A DNA stretch of 63,879 nt, counting the filler, from Myxococcota bacterium (lineage in GTDB: Bacteria; Myxococcota_C; UBA6777): the NCBI GenBank assembly GCA_023150835.1. It is 6 parts of 6 records of this genome, joined end to end, with 100 filler letters (N's around TTAATTAATTAA, not from the genome) between each part and the next. Parts side by side here need not be neighbours in the genome. Positions count along the whole stretch, not along the records: positions 39,081 to 48,100 come from JAKLKB010000183.1; positions 48,201 to 56,939 come from JAKLKB010000184.1; 4 more parts are not named here. One strand, 5' to 3'. Under the pieces are notes generated by a model. It was not told the DNA's origin. It ran no database searches and was given only the letters and a program-made list of their open reading frames with translations. The first letter of the stretch is position 1, and every line of letters begins with the position of its first letter. Position numbers and translations under genes: made by a program. Of the stretch, positions 39,461-48,235 are shown in pieces.

Positions 39461-41323
39461 TCAATGGGCTGCTTTGGCTTTTTTTCCTGACGGGATGGCG
39501 TGCCAGATCCGCAACAACAACACAAACCCGATCACACCAAACGGCAACAAAAAGATCGGCCAGTACATCCAATCGCGTGTGGTCAAAAAGCCCAACGCCA
39601 CCGATTGCACCGCCGTTCCCAAATACACAAACCCATCGATCAGCCCGACCGCTGTGGCCGCCCCCTTGCGCCCGCCAAAGTCCATCGTTGCCGTCCCGCT
39701 CAACAAACCGTGCGTACCGATCACCGACATCGACATCAAAAACACGATCAAGCACAACCAAAACGGATTGACCGCCAGATGCGGTGCGATCGGCAAGATC
39801 CGCGCATCACCCGCCCGCATCACTTTGTGCGATTGATCGAGGTGGATCGTCATCGACTTTCCTTCACGCACGATCGATATCGCCAAACGCCCCACCGACT
39901 CGATAGGCATCGAAACAGCCGTTGCAACGGCTTTTCGATGCGCTCGACAAGTACACTTCTTCGCATCCCACGCCGCGCCTTGTTGACAACGCGAAGGAAC
40001 ACAGCGGATCGCCCGCCCCACTTGGCTCCACTGCTTGATATCTTTTTGCTCGTTCACCCCAACGATGCGATCTCCCACCCTGAGCGGATACGCCGCTTTG
40101 TCCTTTGCATCGACACGACCCACCACGTTGGTGTCCCCCCCCATCGTCGCCAACATAAACAACGACGCCACCACCAACGACGCATACAACAAACCCGCCA
40201 CAGGAGCCCGACGGCTCTCGAAGATCAAGTCGCTCATCCACCCCGCAAGGTTCCCACCCACCACACCCGCCACCATCAAGATCCCCCCCCAACCCCCTTG
40301 GAGAAACGGCACCAAAAACAGCACCCCCCCCGTCAACGTCGCCCAACCAAAGGACTTCTTCTTTCGACGCAGCGCGTACGACACCGCAAAGGACACCGCC
40401 GCCCCCACAAAAAAAGGCAAAACCGTGTGTACCCAATTCCCCCAATCTCCGCGCCTTACAAAGTGCGTCGATGGCAACACCCACACTTCTTTCGCATAGA
40501 TCGGAAACCAGTGCATCACACCGTTTCGCAACACCCCCGTGCAAAACTCGATCAGTCCGACCGTAAGGATGATCGGGTTGGTCAACACCCGCAACACGAT
40601 ATCCCGCAACGTCACGTCGCTCTCTTCACCGCTGCTTGCATCACCCGTGTCAAAGTCCTCATAACCCGCATGGCTCGGCTGATCCTTCAACACAAGCCAC
40701 TCCACCACGAATATCGCAGCCATCAAGATCGCAGGCCCCCAAAACACCCACCACGTCGGCTTGATCGCGCCCTTGCCCGCCCCCAAAAACTCCAACAACC
40801 AGCCATTCACCGTAAAAGCCAAAAAGATCCCCGACGAGATCATCGTCCCAAAGATCCCCGAAAATCCGCCCCGTTCGCGCACATGAAACCAATGCGAATT
40901 CACTTTGACGATCGCCACCGCCCCAAAACTCTGAAAGTACATATTCACCGCATAAAGCAGCGACATCGTGTGGGTGATGCTATCCGTAGAGGGCGGAGCC
41001 TTCGCCGTCAACACCGACTGGATATACATCCCCATCAACAGATTCATCACCCCCGATCCCGCTAATGCAAGCAAGATCGCACGCTTTCCCCCCATCTTGT
41101 CCGTCAGTGGGCCATTCACGAGAAACGCCACACCATACGCCAACGCACCAAAGAAAAAGATCAAACCAAACGCTTCTTTGGTCATCAAACCGCCAAGCTC
41201 ATTCTTCGAGACGGTCAGATTATAACGCCCCATGTACAGCAACGCATACGAGAGGCCAAGCGGAAACCAGTTGAAAAAACGACGCACACGAAACGCCGCG
41301 CTGTGATCGAACGATGAACTCAT
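39461..41323 (-). CDS. MFS transporter, GlpT/UhpC (OPA)-like, with an inserted PDZ-like domain
   Basis: YMGRYN, GPLTDKMGGKR, WFHVRERG, GWMSD..RRAP, AATAVGLIDGFVYLG; loop insert LRVGDRIVGVN..IVREG. Confidence 0.85.
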   Translation of the reverse strand: MSSSFDHSAAFRVRRFFNWFPLGLSYALLYMGRYNLTVSKNELGGLMTKEAFGLIFFFGALAYGVAFLVNGPLTDKMGGKRAILLALAGSGVMNLLMGMYIQSVLTAKAPPSTDSITHTMSLLYAVNMYFQSFGAVAIVKVNSHWFHVRERGGFSGIFGTMISSGIFLAFTVNGWLLEFLGAGKGAIKPTWWVFWGPAILMAAIFVVEWLVLKDQPSHAGYEDFDTGDASSGEESDVTLRDIVLRVLTNPIILTVGLIEFCTGVLRNGVMHWFPIYAKEVWVLPSTHFVRRGDWGNWVHTVLPFFVGAAVSFAVSYALRRKKKSFGWATLTGGVLFLVPFLQGGWGGILMVAGVVGGNLAGWMSDLIFESRRAPVAGLLYASLVVASLFMLATMGGDTNVVGRVDAKDKAAYPLRVGDRIVGVNEQKDIKQWSQVGRAIRCVPSRCQQGAAWDAKKCTCRAHRKAVATAVSMPIESVGRLAISIVREGKSMTIHLDQSHKVMRAGDARILPIAPHLAVNPFWLCLIVFLMSMSVIGTHGLLSGTATMDFGGRKGAATAVGLIDGFVYLGTAVQSVALGFLTTRDWMYWPIFLLPFGVIGFVLLLRIWHAIPSGKKAKAAH

Positions 41324-41638
41324 GAAGCTCCTCAAAAGATGAATGGATTCTGTTCGGAGTGGCTCAAACGATCTGGTGATGCGGGTCTTTGCCAAAAAAG
41401 GCTGCGGCTTCCTTAGCCCGTCGCTTTGCTCAAGACAAGCCCCCACCGCCCTTTTCCGCAACAACGTTTCACCCCCCCGCAACACACCCGTATCTTCTGT
41501 ACAACAATCTCGGAACTTTTTTCCCCCACACGCCACCAACGCCACATCATAACGCGGCAAGTACGCCACCCACACCACCAACGCGGCAAGAACGCCACAA
41601 CACACCCAAGCGCTCTCGCCAGACTGTAGGAGTATCCG

Positions 41639-42166
41639 ATGCCACGCAAACACCGAGAAATCGAAGCCGTCGAAGAAATCAACATCATGCCCCTGATGAA
41701 CATCATCATGCTACTGATCCCCTTCCTGATTATGAGCACCGAATTCGTCAAGATCGGTGTGATCAACGTCAGCGCCCCCTCCACTTGCGCTTCTTGTGGT
41801 GATAAAAAAACCGAGCCGACCATCCGCCCACCCGCACCGCTCAACCTCACGCTCAACCTCACTTCCCAAGGGGTCACTCTCCTCACACGCGGCGCTCGTA
41901 TCCCCCAAGGATGCGACCTCACCCCCAAAGGCATCACCGCACACTCCGAAACACCCACCTTCCCCGACTATCGGCACCAACAGGCATCTGCCCTGCGCGC
42001 TTGTCTCGCCAAGATCAAAGCCCTCTTCCCCCAAGAAGACAAGATTATCGTCATGGCCGACCCATCGATCCCCTATCACAAGATCATCGAACTCATGGAC
42101 ATCTCCCGCGAAGCCAACAACAAACCCCTCTTCCCCCTCGTCATGCTCTCCGCCGGCCTCCTCTAA
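41639..42166 (+). CDS. ExbD/TolR-family protein
   Basis: EINIMPLMNIIMLLIPFL..ADPSIPY..I..MD. Confidence 0.85.
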   Translation: MPRKHREIEAVEEINIMPLMNIIMLLIPFLIMSTEFVKIGVINVSAPSTCASCGDKKTEPTIRPPAPLNLTLNLTSQGVTLLTRGARIPQGCDLTPKGITAHSETPTFPDYRHQQASALRACLAKIKALFPQEDKIIVMADPSIPYHKIIELMDISREANNKPLFPLVMLSAGLL

Positions 42167-42186
42167 TCTCTCAGATCCCTCTTATC

Positions 42187-42579
42187 TCACCATTTCCCTA
42201 CAACTATCGGGCTTTCCAACGGTAGCTCTTTCGCAAAAACATCCGCGCCCTCGATCTCCAGTTCCTCTTGAATGGCAGAAGTCTGGCGGGCTGCCTCAAA
42301 CTGCTGCTCCATCGTTCGCATCAAGCGTGTTCTGCGCTTGTAATACACCACCTGCCCCAACAACGTCGCCCGCAACCCCATCCCCAACAAAAATCCAAAC
42401 GCCAACACCCAATCCCCCCGATGCACCGTATAAATCACCGCACACAAACGACCCAAGAAATTTAGCAGCGGAAACCACGGACTAAAGTCTTCTGCATCTT
42501 TGATCCGATACAACCGCACCAACTGCGGAATGTACGAACCTTCGATCATCCACATCCCGATCACACCCAACCATGCCAT
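42187..42579 (-). CDS. PQ-loop (SemiSWEET-like) small membrane protein
   Basis: YIPQLVRLYRIKDAEDFS; three TMs. Confidence 0.75.
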   Translation of the reverse strand: MAWLGVIGMWMIEGSYIPQLVRLYRIKDAEDFSPWFPLLNFLGRLCAVIYTVHRGDWVLAFGFLLGMGLRATLLGQVVYYKRRTRLMRTMEQQFEAARQTSAIQEELEIEGADVFAKELPLESPIVVGKW

Positions 42580-42789
42580 ATTTCCCTCGCCACACAAAAG
42601 CACTCGCTTGTGCTATTCCTATCTGGAAATTAGGAAATACAAAGACAAGCCCAAACTGTCAAGGTTTATCTTGACAGATCTTGTTTTCGACGATATTCCC
42701 TACTATGAAATTAAGAAACGGTGCCGCGCAAACCAAACACCCACAAACCCCAAAGCCGCACCTCACCCCCAAGACAAGGAGACAAAAAG

Positions 42790-43044
42790 ATGTCGGGACA
42801 TCCCCACCCCGCCAAGGACAAACTCCTCAAAGAATTTCAACAGATCCAAGAACACCTCGATCGCGTACCGATCCGACGTTTGCAGCACGTCGCCAAGGCG
42901 CTCGATGTTCCCGGGCGTTCACGACTGAGCAAGCGCGTTCTCCTTGAGAGGCTTCCTGCACACATCGTTTCCGCAAACGATCACCAACTCTCTTCCGCCT
43001 TGACGATCGTCCAAACCGTTCTCGAAAAGAAAAAATCCCCCTAA
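42790..43044 (+). CDS. Small protein with a Rho N-terminal (HEH)-like motif
   Basis: [30 protein letters not shown]. Confidence 0.55.
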   Translation: MSGHPHPAKDKLLKEFQQIQEHLDRVPIRRLQHVAKALDVPGRSRLSKRVLLERLPAHIVSANDHQLSSALTIVQTVLEKKKSP

Positions 43045-43114
43045 CCACCGCGTCGATCGCTGTTGCTTGGTGGTTCAACTTTTCATTCCATCCAACCCAC
43101 GAAGGTTTACGTCG

Positions 43115-44074
43115 ATGTCCCTCTCCCATCACCTGACGGCGGCTCCGCCACCCCCCACCCAAGCTCTCTCCACGATGCGCCTAACGCATCTTCGCCAGCT
43201 TGAGGCCGAAAGTATCCACATCATCCGCGAAGTCGCCGCAGAGTTTGACAACCCTGTGATGCTGTACTCGATCGGCAAAGATTCTTCTGTGATGGTACGT
43301 TTGGCCCAAAAAGCCTTTGCTCCCGCCCCCTTGCCTTTCTCACTTTTGCACATCGACACCACCTTCAAATTTCGCGAGATGATCGCGTTTCGCGACCACT
43401 TTTGCGCCGAACAAGGCTTGGAACTCCTCGTCCACACCAACCCCGAAGGACTCGCCGCCAACGTCTCCCCCTTTACCCACGGCAGCAAGATCTACACGGA
43501 CGTGATGAAAACCCAAGCCTTGCTCCAAGCACTCCAAAAAGGCGGATATGACGCGGCTTTTGGAGGCGCACGCCGCGACGAAGAAAAGTCCCGCGCCAAA
43601 GAACGCATCTACTCTTTCCGCGATCGCTTTCACCAATGGGACCCCAAAAACCAACGCCCCGAACTGTGGTCCCTTTACAATGGCCGCCTCCACAAAGGCG
43701 AAAGTATCCGCGTCTTTCCCCTCTCCAACTGGACCGAACTCGATGTCTGGCAATATATCGATATCGAAAAGATCCCCGTCGTTCCGTTGTATTTTGCACG
43801 CAAACACCCCGTTGTCGAACGCAACGGAACCCTGATCCGCATCGACGACGAACGTTTCCCCCTTGAACCCAACGAGACCCCCCAAGAAGTCGTCTGCCGC
43901 TTTCGCACCCTTGGCTGCTACCCCCTCAGCGGAGCCGTCCAGTCCGAAGCGACCACCGTTCCTGAGATCATCGACGAGATGCTCCGAACCCACCAATCCG
44001 AACGACAAGGCCGTGTGATCGATCACGACTCCACTGCTTCGATGGAACGCAAAAAACGCGAAGGCTACTTCTAA
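43115..44074 (+). CDS. cysD: Sulfate adenylyltransferase subunit 2
   Basis: [42 protein letters not shown]. Confidence 0.97.
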   Translation: MSLSHHLTAAPPPPTQALSTMRLTHLRQLEAESIHIIREVAAEFDNPVMLYSIGKDSSVMVRLAQKAFAPAPLPFSLLHIDTTFKFREMIAFRDHFCAEQGLELLVHTNPEGLAANVSPFTHGSKIYTDVMKTQALLQALQKGGYDAAFGGARRDEEKSRAKERIYSFRDRFHQWDPKNQRPELWSLYNGRLHKGESIRVFPLSNWTELDVWQYIDIEKIPVVPLYFARKHPVVERNGTLIRIDDERFPLEPNETPQEVVCRFRTLGCYPLSGAVQSEATTVPEIIDEMLRTHQSERQGRVIDHDSTASMERKKREGYF

Positions 44075-44077
44075 GAA

Positions 44078-44244
44078 GAGTCACGCAATTGACAAAAAAA
44101 CCCGTGTTCGCAACACCTCAAGCGAGAGAGTCGCTGATTTGAAAAACAGTAATCGTCTCGCCCATGAAGGGGTCAAGGGGGCTGTGCTCCCTTGCGGGGT
44201 GTGGGGTTCCAACCCCACGAAAACGATCCAACTGCGTAAATCCT
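44078..44244 (+). mobile_element. Family-C MITE with a family-B core, between cysD and cysN
   Basis: GAGTCACGCAATTG...CAACTGCGTAAATCC. Confidence 0.7.
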
Positions 44245-44290
44245 CTTCTCATCGCCTTTTCGATCACTGTTAGACAAGGAGATATCTCGG

Positions 44291-46171
44291 ATGCTTGCCA
44301 CACAACCTTATACCGATATCCACACGTTCCTCGAACAACACAACAACAAAGAACTCTTGCGCTTCGTTGCCATCGGCTCGGTAGACGACGGAAAATCCAC
44401 ACTGATCGGACGCCTGCTCCACGACACCCACCAAGTCTACGAAGATCAACTCGCTGATGCACGCGCCCACAGCGCCGACGGCGAGATCGACTTTGCCCGT
44501 ATCACCGACGGTCTCAGCGCCGAACGCGAACAAGGCATCACCATCGACGTCGCCTACCGCTACTTCGCCACCGAAAAACGCAAGTTCATCATCGCCGATA
44601 CCCCCGGACACGTCCAATACACCCGCAATATGGCCACAGGAGCCTCCACCGCTGATGTCGCCATCATCTTGATCGATGCCCGTCTTGGCGTACTCCAACA
44701 ATCCAAGCGCCATGCGTATATCGCTTCGCTACTCGGCATCCCCTATCTTGCCGTTGCCATCAACAAAATGGACCTGCTCGACTTTGACCCCAAAGTCTTC
44801 TACGCCATCCAACAAGAATTCTTGACCTTCGCTGAAAAGCTCGAATTTGTCGGCCTGCGCTTTTTCCCGATCAGCGCCCTCAAAGGCGATAACCTGCTCC
44901 ACCCAAGCGAACGCACCCCTTGGTACACCGACGGCCCGCTACTGCGCTTCCTCGAAGAAGTCCCGCTGCTGCGCGATGTAGAACATCAGCCCTTCCGCTT
45001 CCCCGTTCAACTGGTGTTGCGACCTCATCTTGATTATCGCGGTTTTGCCGGAACCATCGCCTCTGGCGTGATCCGTACTGGCGACAGCGTGACGGTCTTT
45101 CCAAGCGGGAAGACCTCTCGCATCAAATCGATCGATACATACGAAGGCCCCGTCGATACGGCCTTTTCACCGCAATCTGTAGTGCTTCGTATCACCGACG
45201 AAGTGGATATCAGTCGTGGGGATATGCTCGTGCGAAGCGATCAAGCCCCGCCCTACGCAGCCCATACCCTCGATGCCACCGTCGTTTGGCTTGACGAACA
45301 ACCGCTTGACCCCAACAAAGCCTACCAGATCAAACACACCACCCGCTCCGTCAAAGCCCACATCGAGCGCGTCCATTGGAAAAGCGACCCCAACACCCTC
45401 GACCACCTCCCCACCACTCACCTCGCCCTCAACGAGATCGGACGGCTTTCTTTAACCTGCCATCGGCCTCTCTTTTTCGATCCCTACAAAAACAACCGAC
45501 ACACGGGCGCTTTTATCTTAATCGACACCCTCACCAACCACACCGTCGCCGCAGGGATGCTACTCCCGCTTCCTCCCCAAGAGATCGCCCCCGATCTTGA
45601 ACAACAACGCGCCAACGCCCGCTTGATCCGCCCTCGATCCGAAGTCTCCCAAAGCGAACGCACCGAACGACTCCGCCAACATCCCGTCTCCGTCTGGCTT
45701 TCTGGACTCCCGGGCGCTGGTCGCACCGCGCTCGCTTATGCCCTCGAACGCCGCTTGTTTGACCTCGGCTATTCCAGCCACGTCATCGGCATGACACAAG
45801 AACGCCTGCTCCATTCTGCCGAAGAAGCCGCCATGCTTTGCCGACAACTCAACAGCGCCGGACTCCTGTGCATCTACCCGGGCGATAGCCACTCCCGCTC
45901 TGCCCGCGATTATGCTCGCGAGATCATCGGATCTGACCGCTTTTTGTGCGTCGACATCGATGTCCCCCAAGAGCTTTGCCTCCAACGCCTCGAAACACAA
46001 CAAGATCCTCGCGTCCCCCTCTTTCATCGCAGCGCCCCACTCTACGAACCTCCCCATCAGCCCGACCTCCGCGCCACCATCCTTGAAGACCAACTCGAAT
46101 CCACCGTCCACCAGATCGTCTCCCTGCTTCGCCAAAAATCCATCCTCCTCCCCATCGAAGAAAAAACCTGA
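44291..46171 (+). CDS. cysN: Sulfate adenylyltransferase subunit 1 fused to a degenerate APS-kinase domain
   Basis: GSVDDGKSTLIGRL, EREQGITID, DTPGH, NKMD; C-terminal WLSGLPGAGRT. Confidence 0.93.
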   Translation: MLATQPYTDIHTFLEQHNNKELLRFVAIGSVDDGKSTLIGRLLHDTHQVYEDQLADARAHSADGEIDFARITDGLSAEREQGITIDVAYRYFATEKRKFIIADTPGHVQYTRNMATGASTADVAIILIDARLGVLQQSKRHAYIASLLGIPYLAVAINKMDLLDFDPKVFYAIQQEFLTFAEKLEFVGLRFFPISALKGDNLLHPSERTPWYTDGPLLRFLEEVPLLRDVEHQPFRFPVQLVLRPHLDYRGFAGTIASGVIRTGDSVTVFPSGKTSRIKSIDTYEGPVDTAFSPQSVVLRITDEVDISRGDMLVRSDQAPPYAAHTLDATVVWLDEQPLDPNKAYQIKHTTRSVKAHIERVHWKSDPNTLDHLPTTHLALNEIGRLSLTCHRPLFFDPYKNNRHTGAFILIDTLTNHTVAAGMLLPLPPQEIAPDLEQQRANARLIRPRSEVSQSERTERLRQHPVSVWLSGLPGAGRTALAYALERRLFDLGYSSHVIGMTQERLLHSAEEAAMLCRQLNSAGLLCIYPGDSHSRSARDYAREIIGSDRFLCVDIDVPQELCLQRLETQQDPRVPLFHRSAPLYEPPHQPDLRATILEDQLESTVHQIVSLLRQKSILLPIEEKT

Positions 46172-46268
46172 TCCGCCCTCCCACCCCCAAGCCTCTTGCG
46201 ATATCTCCCATCCCCCCCGTATGATCGACTCCGCCCCACACCAACAACCTTCACGTAGGGAGAAACGA

Positions 46269-47705
46269 ATGGCCGATCATTTTTTGTTCTTTCTCATCGA
46301 CAACGAACGCTACGCTTTGGACGGAGAGATCCGCTTTGCAGAAGGCACAGGCGACGATCGCAGTGAATGGTCCATGCGCGTCTTGCGGCACGAAAAAACG
46401 GGGGAGATCTGTTACCTCGAAGACGACCAACTCCACGTCATGTATGCCTATTGGACTCCCGAAGAAGCGATCAACGCCAAGAAATACCGCGTGGATACTT
46501 ACGAAAAACACGCCGTCGAAGTCCTCCAAGGCGATGAGATCTTTGAAAAAAGCAACCTTGATCTCGAATACGGCACGATCGACAACAACAAACTCTCCGA
46601 ACAAGCATGGGGGATGTTTGAAGGTTCCACCGATGTCTTGGTCGTCAACAAAAAGGAGCTTTTGTTTGGCCGCCGTCTCGTTAAAGATCACGAAAACGTC
46701 TACTACTCCGATATCTTTCCCGCTGAAAAGCTCCAGCGCGTGGCTCATCCCCGCCGCACTCCGCCCGCTTTCGGCGAGATGCTTTTTGTGATCGCTTTTG
46801 TCGCGCTTTCGATCACAGGGATCATCGACATCTTTGTATTGATGAAGCCGATGGGACCGGACTTTTCCTCGATTTTCTTGTACGGTGGTTTTGTTGCTTG
46901 GGCGATCTGGGTATTTGTCGAGCGCGATTCGTGGCTTTACGCAACCACTCGCTTTTGGGCCGCAGCACTCGGCATTTACCTTTGCACTGTTCTGTTGGAC
47001 AATCACATCCACCACACCCATCCCACCAGCTATCGGGCCTTTGTATTGTGGCATATGCTCATCCCCGTCTTACTCGTTGGGGGACTCCGCTTGTTCTGGC
47101 GCAAAGGCTTTGCCGTCCTCTCCCGAAGCGCCCTTACTGCCGCCTTTTGGGTGGTGCTTCTTCACGGCTTCGGGATCTTGATCGTCAGTTGCGAAGACGA
47201 TGCGTGGTGGGGCGGCGACTTTTTTTGGTATCTTGGAGCCCTGCCCTACGGCCACGCCTACACCTTGCTTTTTGTGATCATCTTGCTTGTCAAAGCCCGT
47301 GATTATCTCTATGTCCCGATGGACAAAGAAGGTTTCATCAAACAGATCCACAAACTCCAAGAGATCCTCCAACGCACACCCTCCACCAACCCCGAACAAA
47401 ACAAAGCCGACGCTGAGATCTGCGACGATTTGGCCGATGCCATCGAGATATCTTCCACACCCGAAGTTGCGGCTCTCGCACCGCTACTCGAACAATTCCG
47501 CACCCTCACACAGATCATCGAAGCCTATGCCACCAAGGCAGAAGAGATATCCGAAGATCCCGATGTACACCAAGACTTGGCGGTCCTATGCACCGACCTC
47601 CAAGAGATCATCGACTTCCTCGACAGCCAACAACCCGTCCACAGCCTTCGCCTATCTCCCTTTTTACGCGCTGTCACCTTGGACTTGACCATCCCCACAG
47701 CCTAA
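46269..47705 (+). CDS. Hypothetical multi-pass membrane protein
   Basis: Soluble N-terminus, about 6 TMs, helical C-terminus; GGAG RBS. Confidence 0.75.
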   Translation: MADHFLFFLIDNERYALDGEIRFAEGTGDDRSEWSMRVLRHEKTGEICYLEDDQLHVMYAYWTPEEAINAKKYRVDTYEKHAVEVLQGDEIFEKSNLDLEYGTIDNNKLSEQAWGMFEGSTDVLVVNKKELLFGRRLVKDHENVYYSDIFPAEKLQRVAHPRRTPPAFGEMLFVIAFVALSITGIIDIFVLMKPMGPDFSSIFLYGGFVAWAIWVFVERDSWLYATTRFWAAALGIYLCTVLLDNHIHHTHPTSYRAFVLWHMLIPVLLVGGLRLFWRKGFAVLSRSALTAAFWVVLLHGFGILIVSCEDDAWWGGDFFWYLGALPYGHAYTLLFVIILLVKARDYLYVPMDKEGFIKQIHKLQEILQRTPSTNPEQNKADAEICDDLADAIEISSTPEVAALAPLLEQFRTLTQIIEAYATKAEEISEDPDVHQDLAVLCTDLQEIIDFLDSQQPVHSLRLSPFLRAVTLDLTIPTA

Positions 47706-47928
47706 GAGGGTGTCTAGAGCAGCGATATCTGAACGCGATATCTCCGCGTAATGTGTGATCGTAAAAATGTAGGGGCAGCCCCCTGTGGCTGCCCAAGAAT
47801 CGTATGGGGTGGAACCCCATCAGAGGGTGTCTGGAAACTCGCTACATGACAGTCGAAGAAAACAACGAAAACTCGAGGGGTTCGTTCAAAACAGATAGCG
47901 ATGAAGAGGTCAGCGACGCAACAGATCG

Positions 47929-48006
47929 AGGGCAGGCACGGGGGCCTGCCCCTACAAAATACCGTGTGATTTCCGACACGTAGGGGCAACCATGCGCGGT
48001 TGCCCT
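47929..48006. repeat. Pair of GTAG-type REP palindromes
   Basis: GGGCAGGCACGGGGGCCTGCCCCTAC ... GTAGGGGCAACCATGCGCGGTTGCCC. Confidence 0.75.
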
Positions 48007-48235
48007 CGCTGAGAAGTGTTGCCTCTTGGGGTGAGGGGAATCACAAGACGTCCATTCCTTCGATGTTTCTGTGTACACATCCAAAAGATCTCACTGTTTT
48101 NNNNNNNNNNNNNNNNNNNNNNNNNNNNNNNNNNNNNNNNNNNNTTAATTAATTAANNNNNNNNNNNNNNNNNNNNNNNNNNNNNNNNNNNNNNNNNNNN
48201 TGGGGGGAAAAAGAGCATATCTGGGGGGTGGGATG

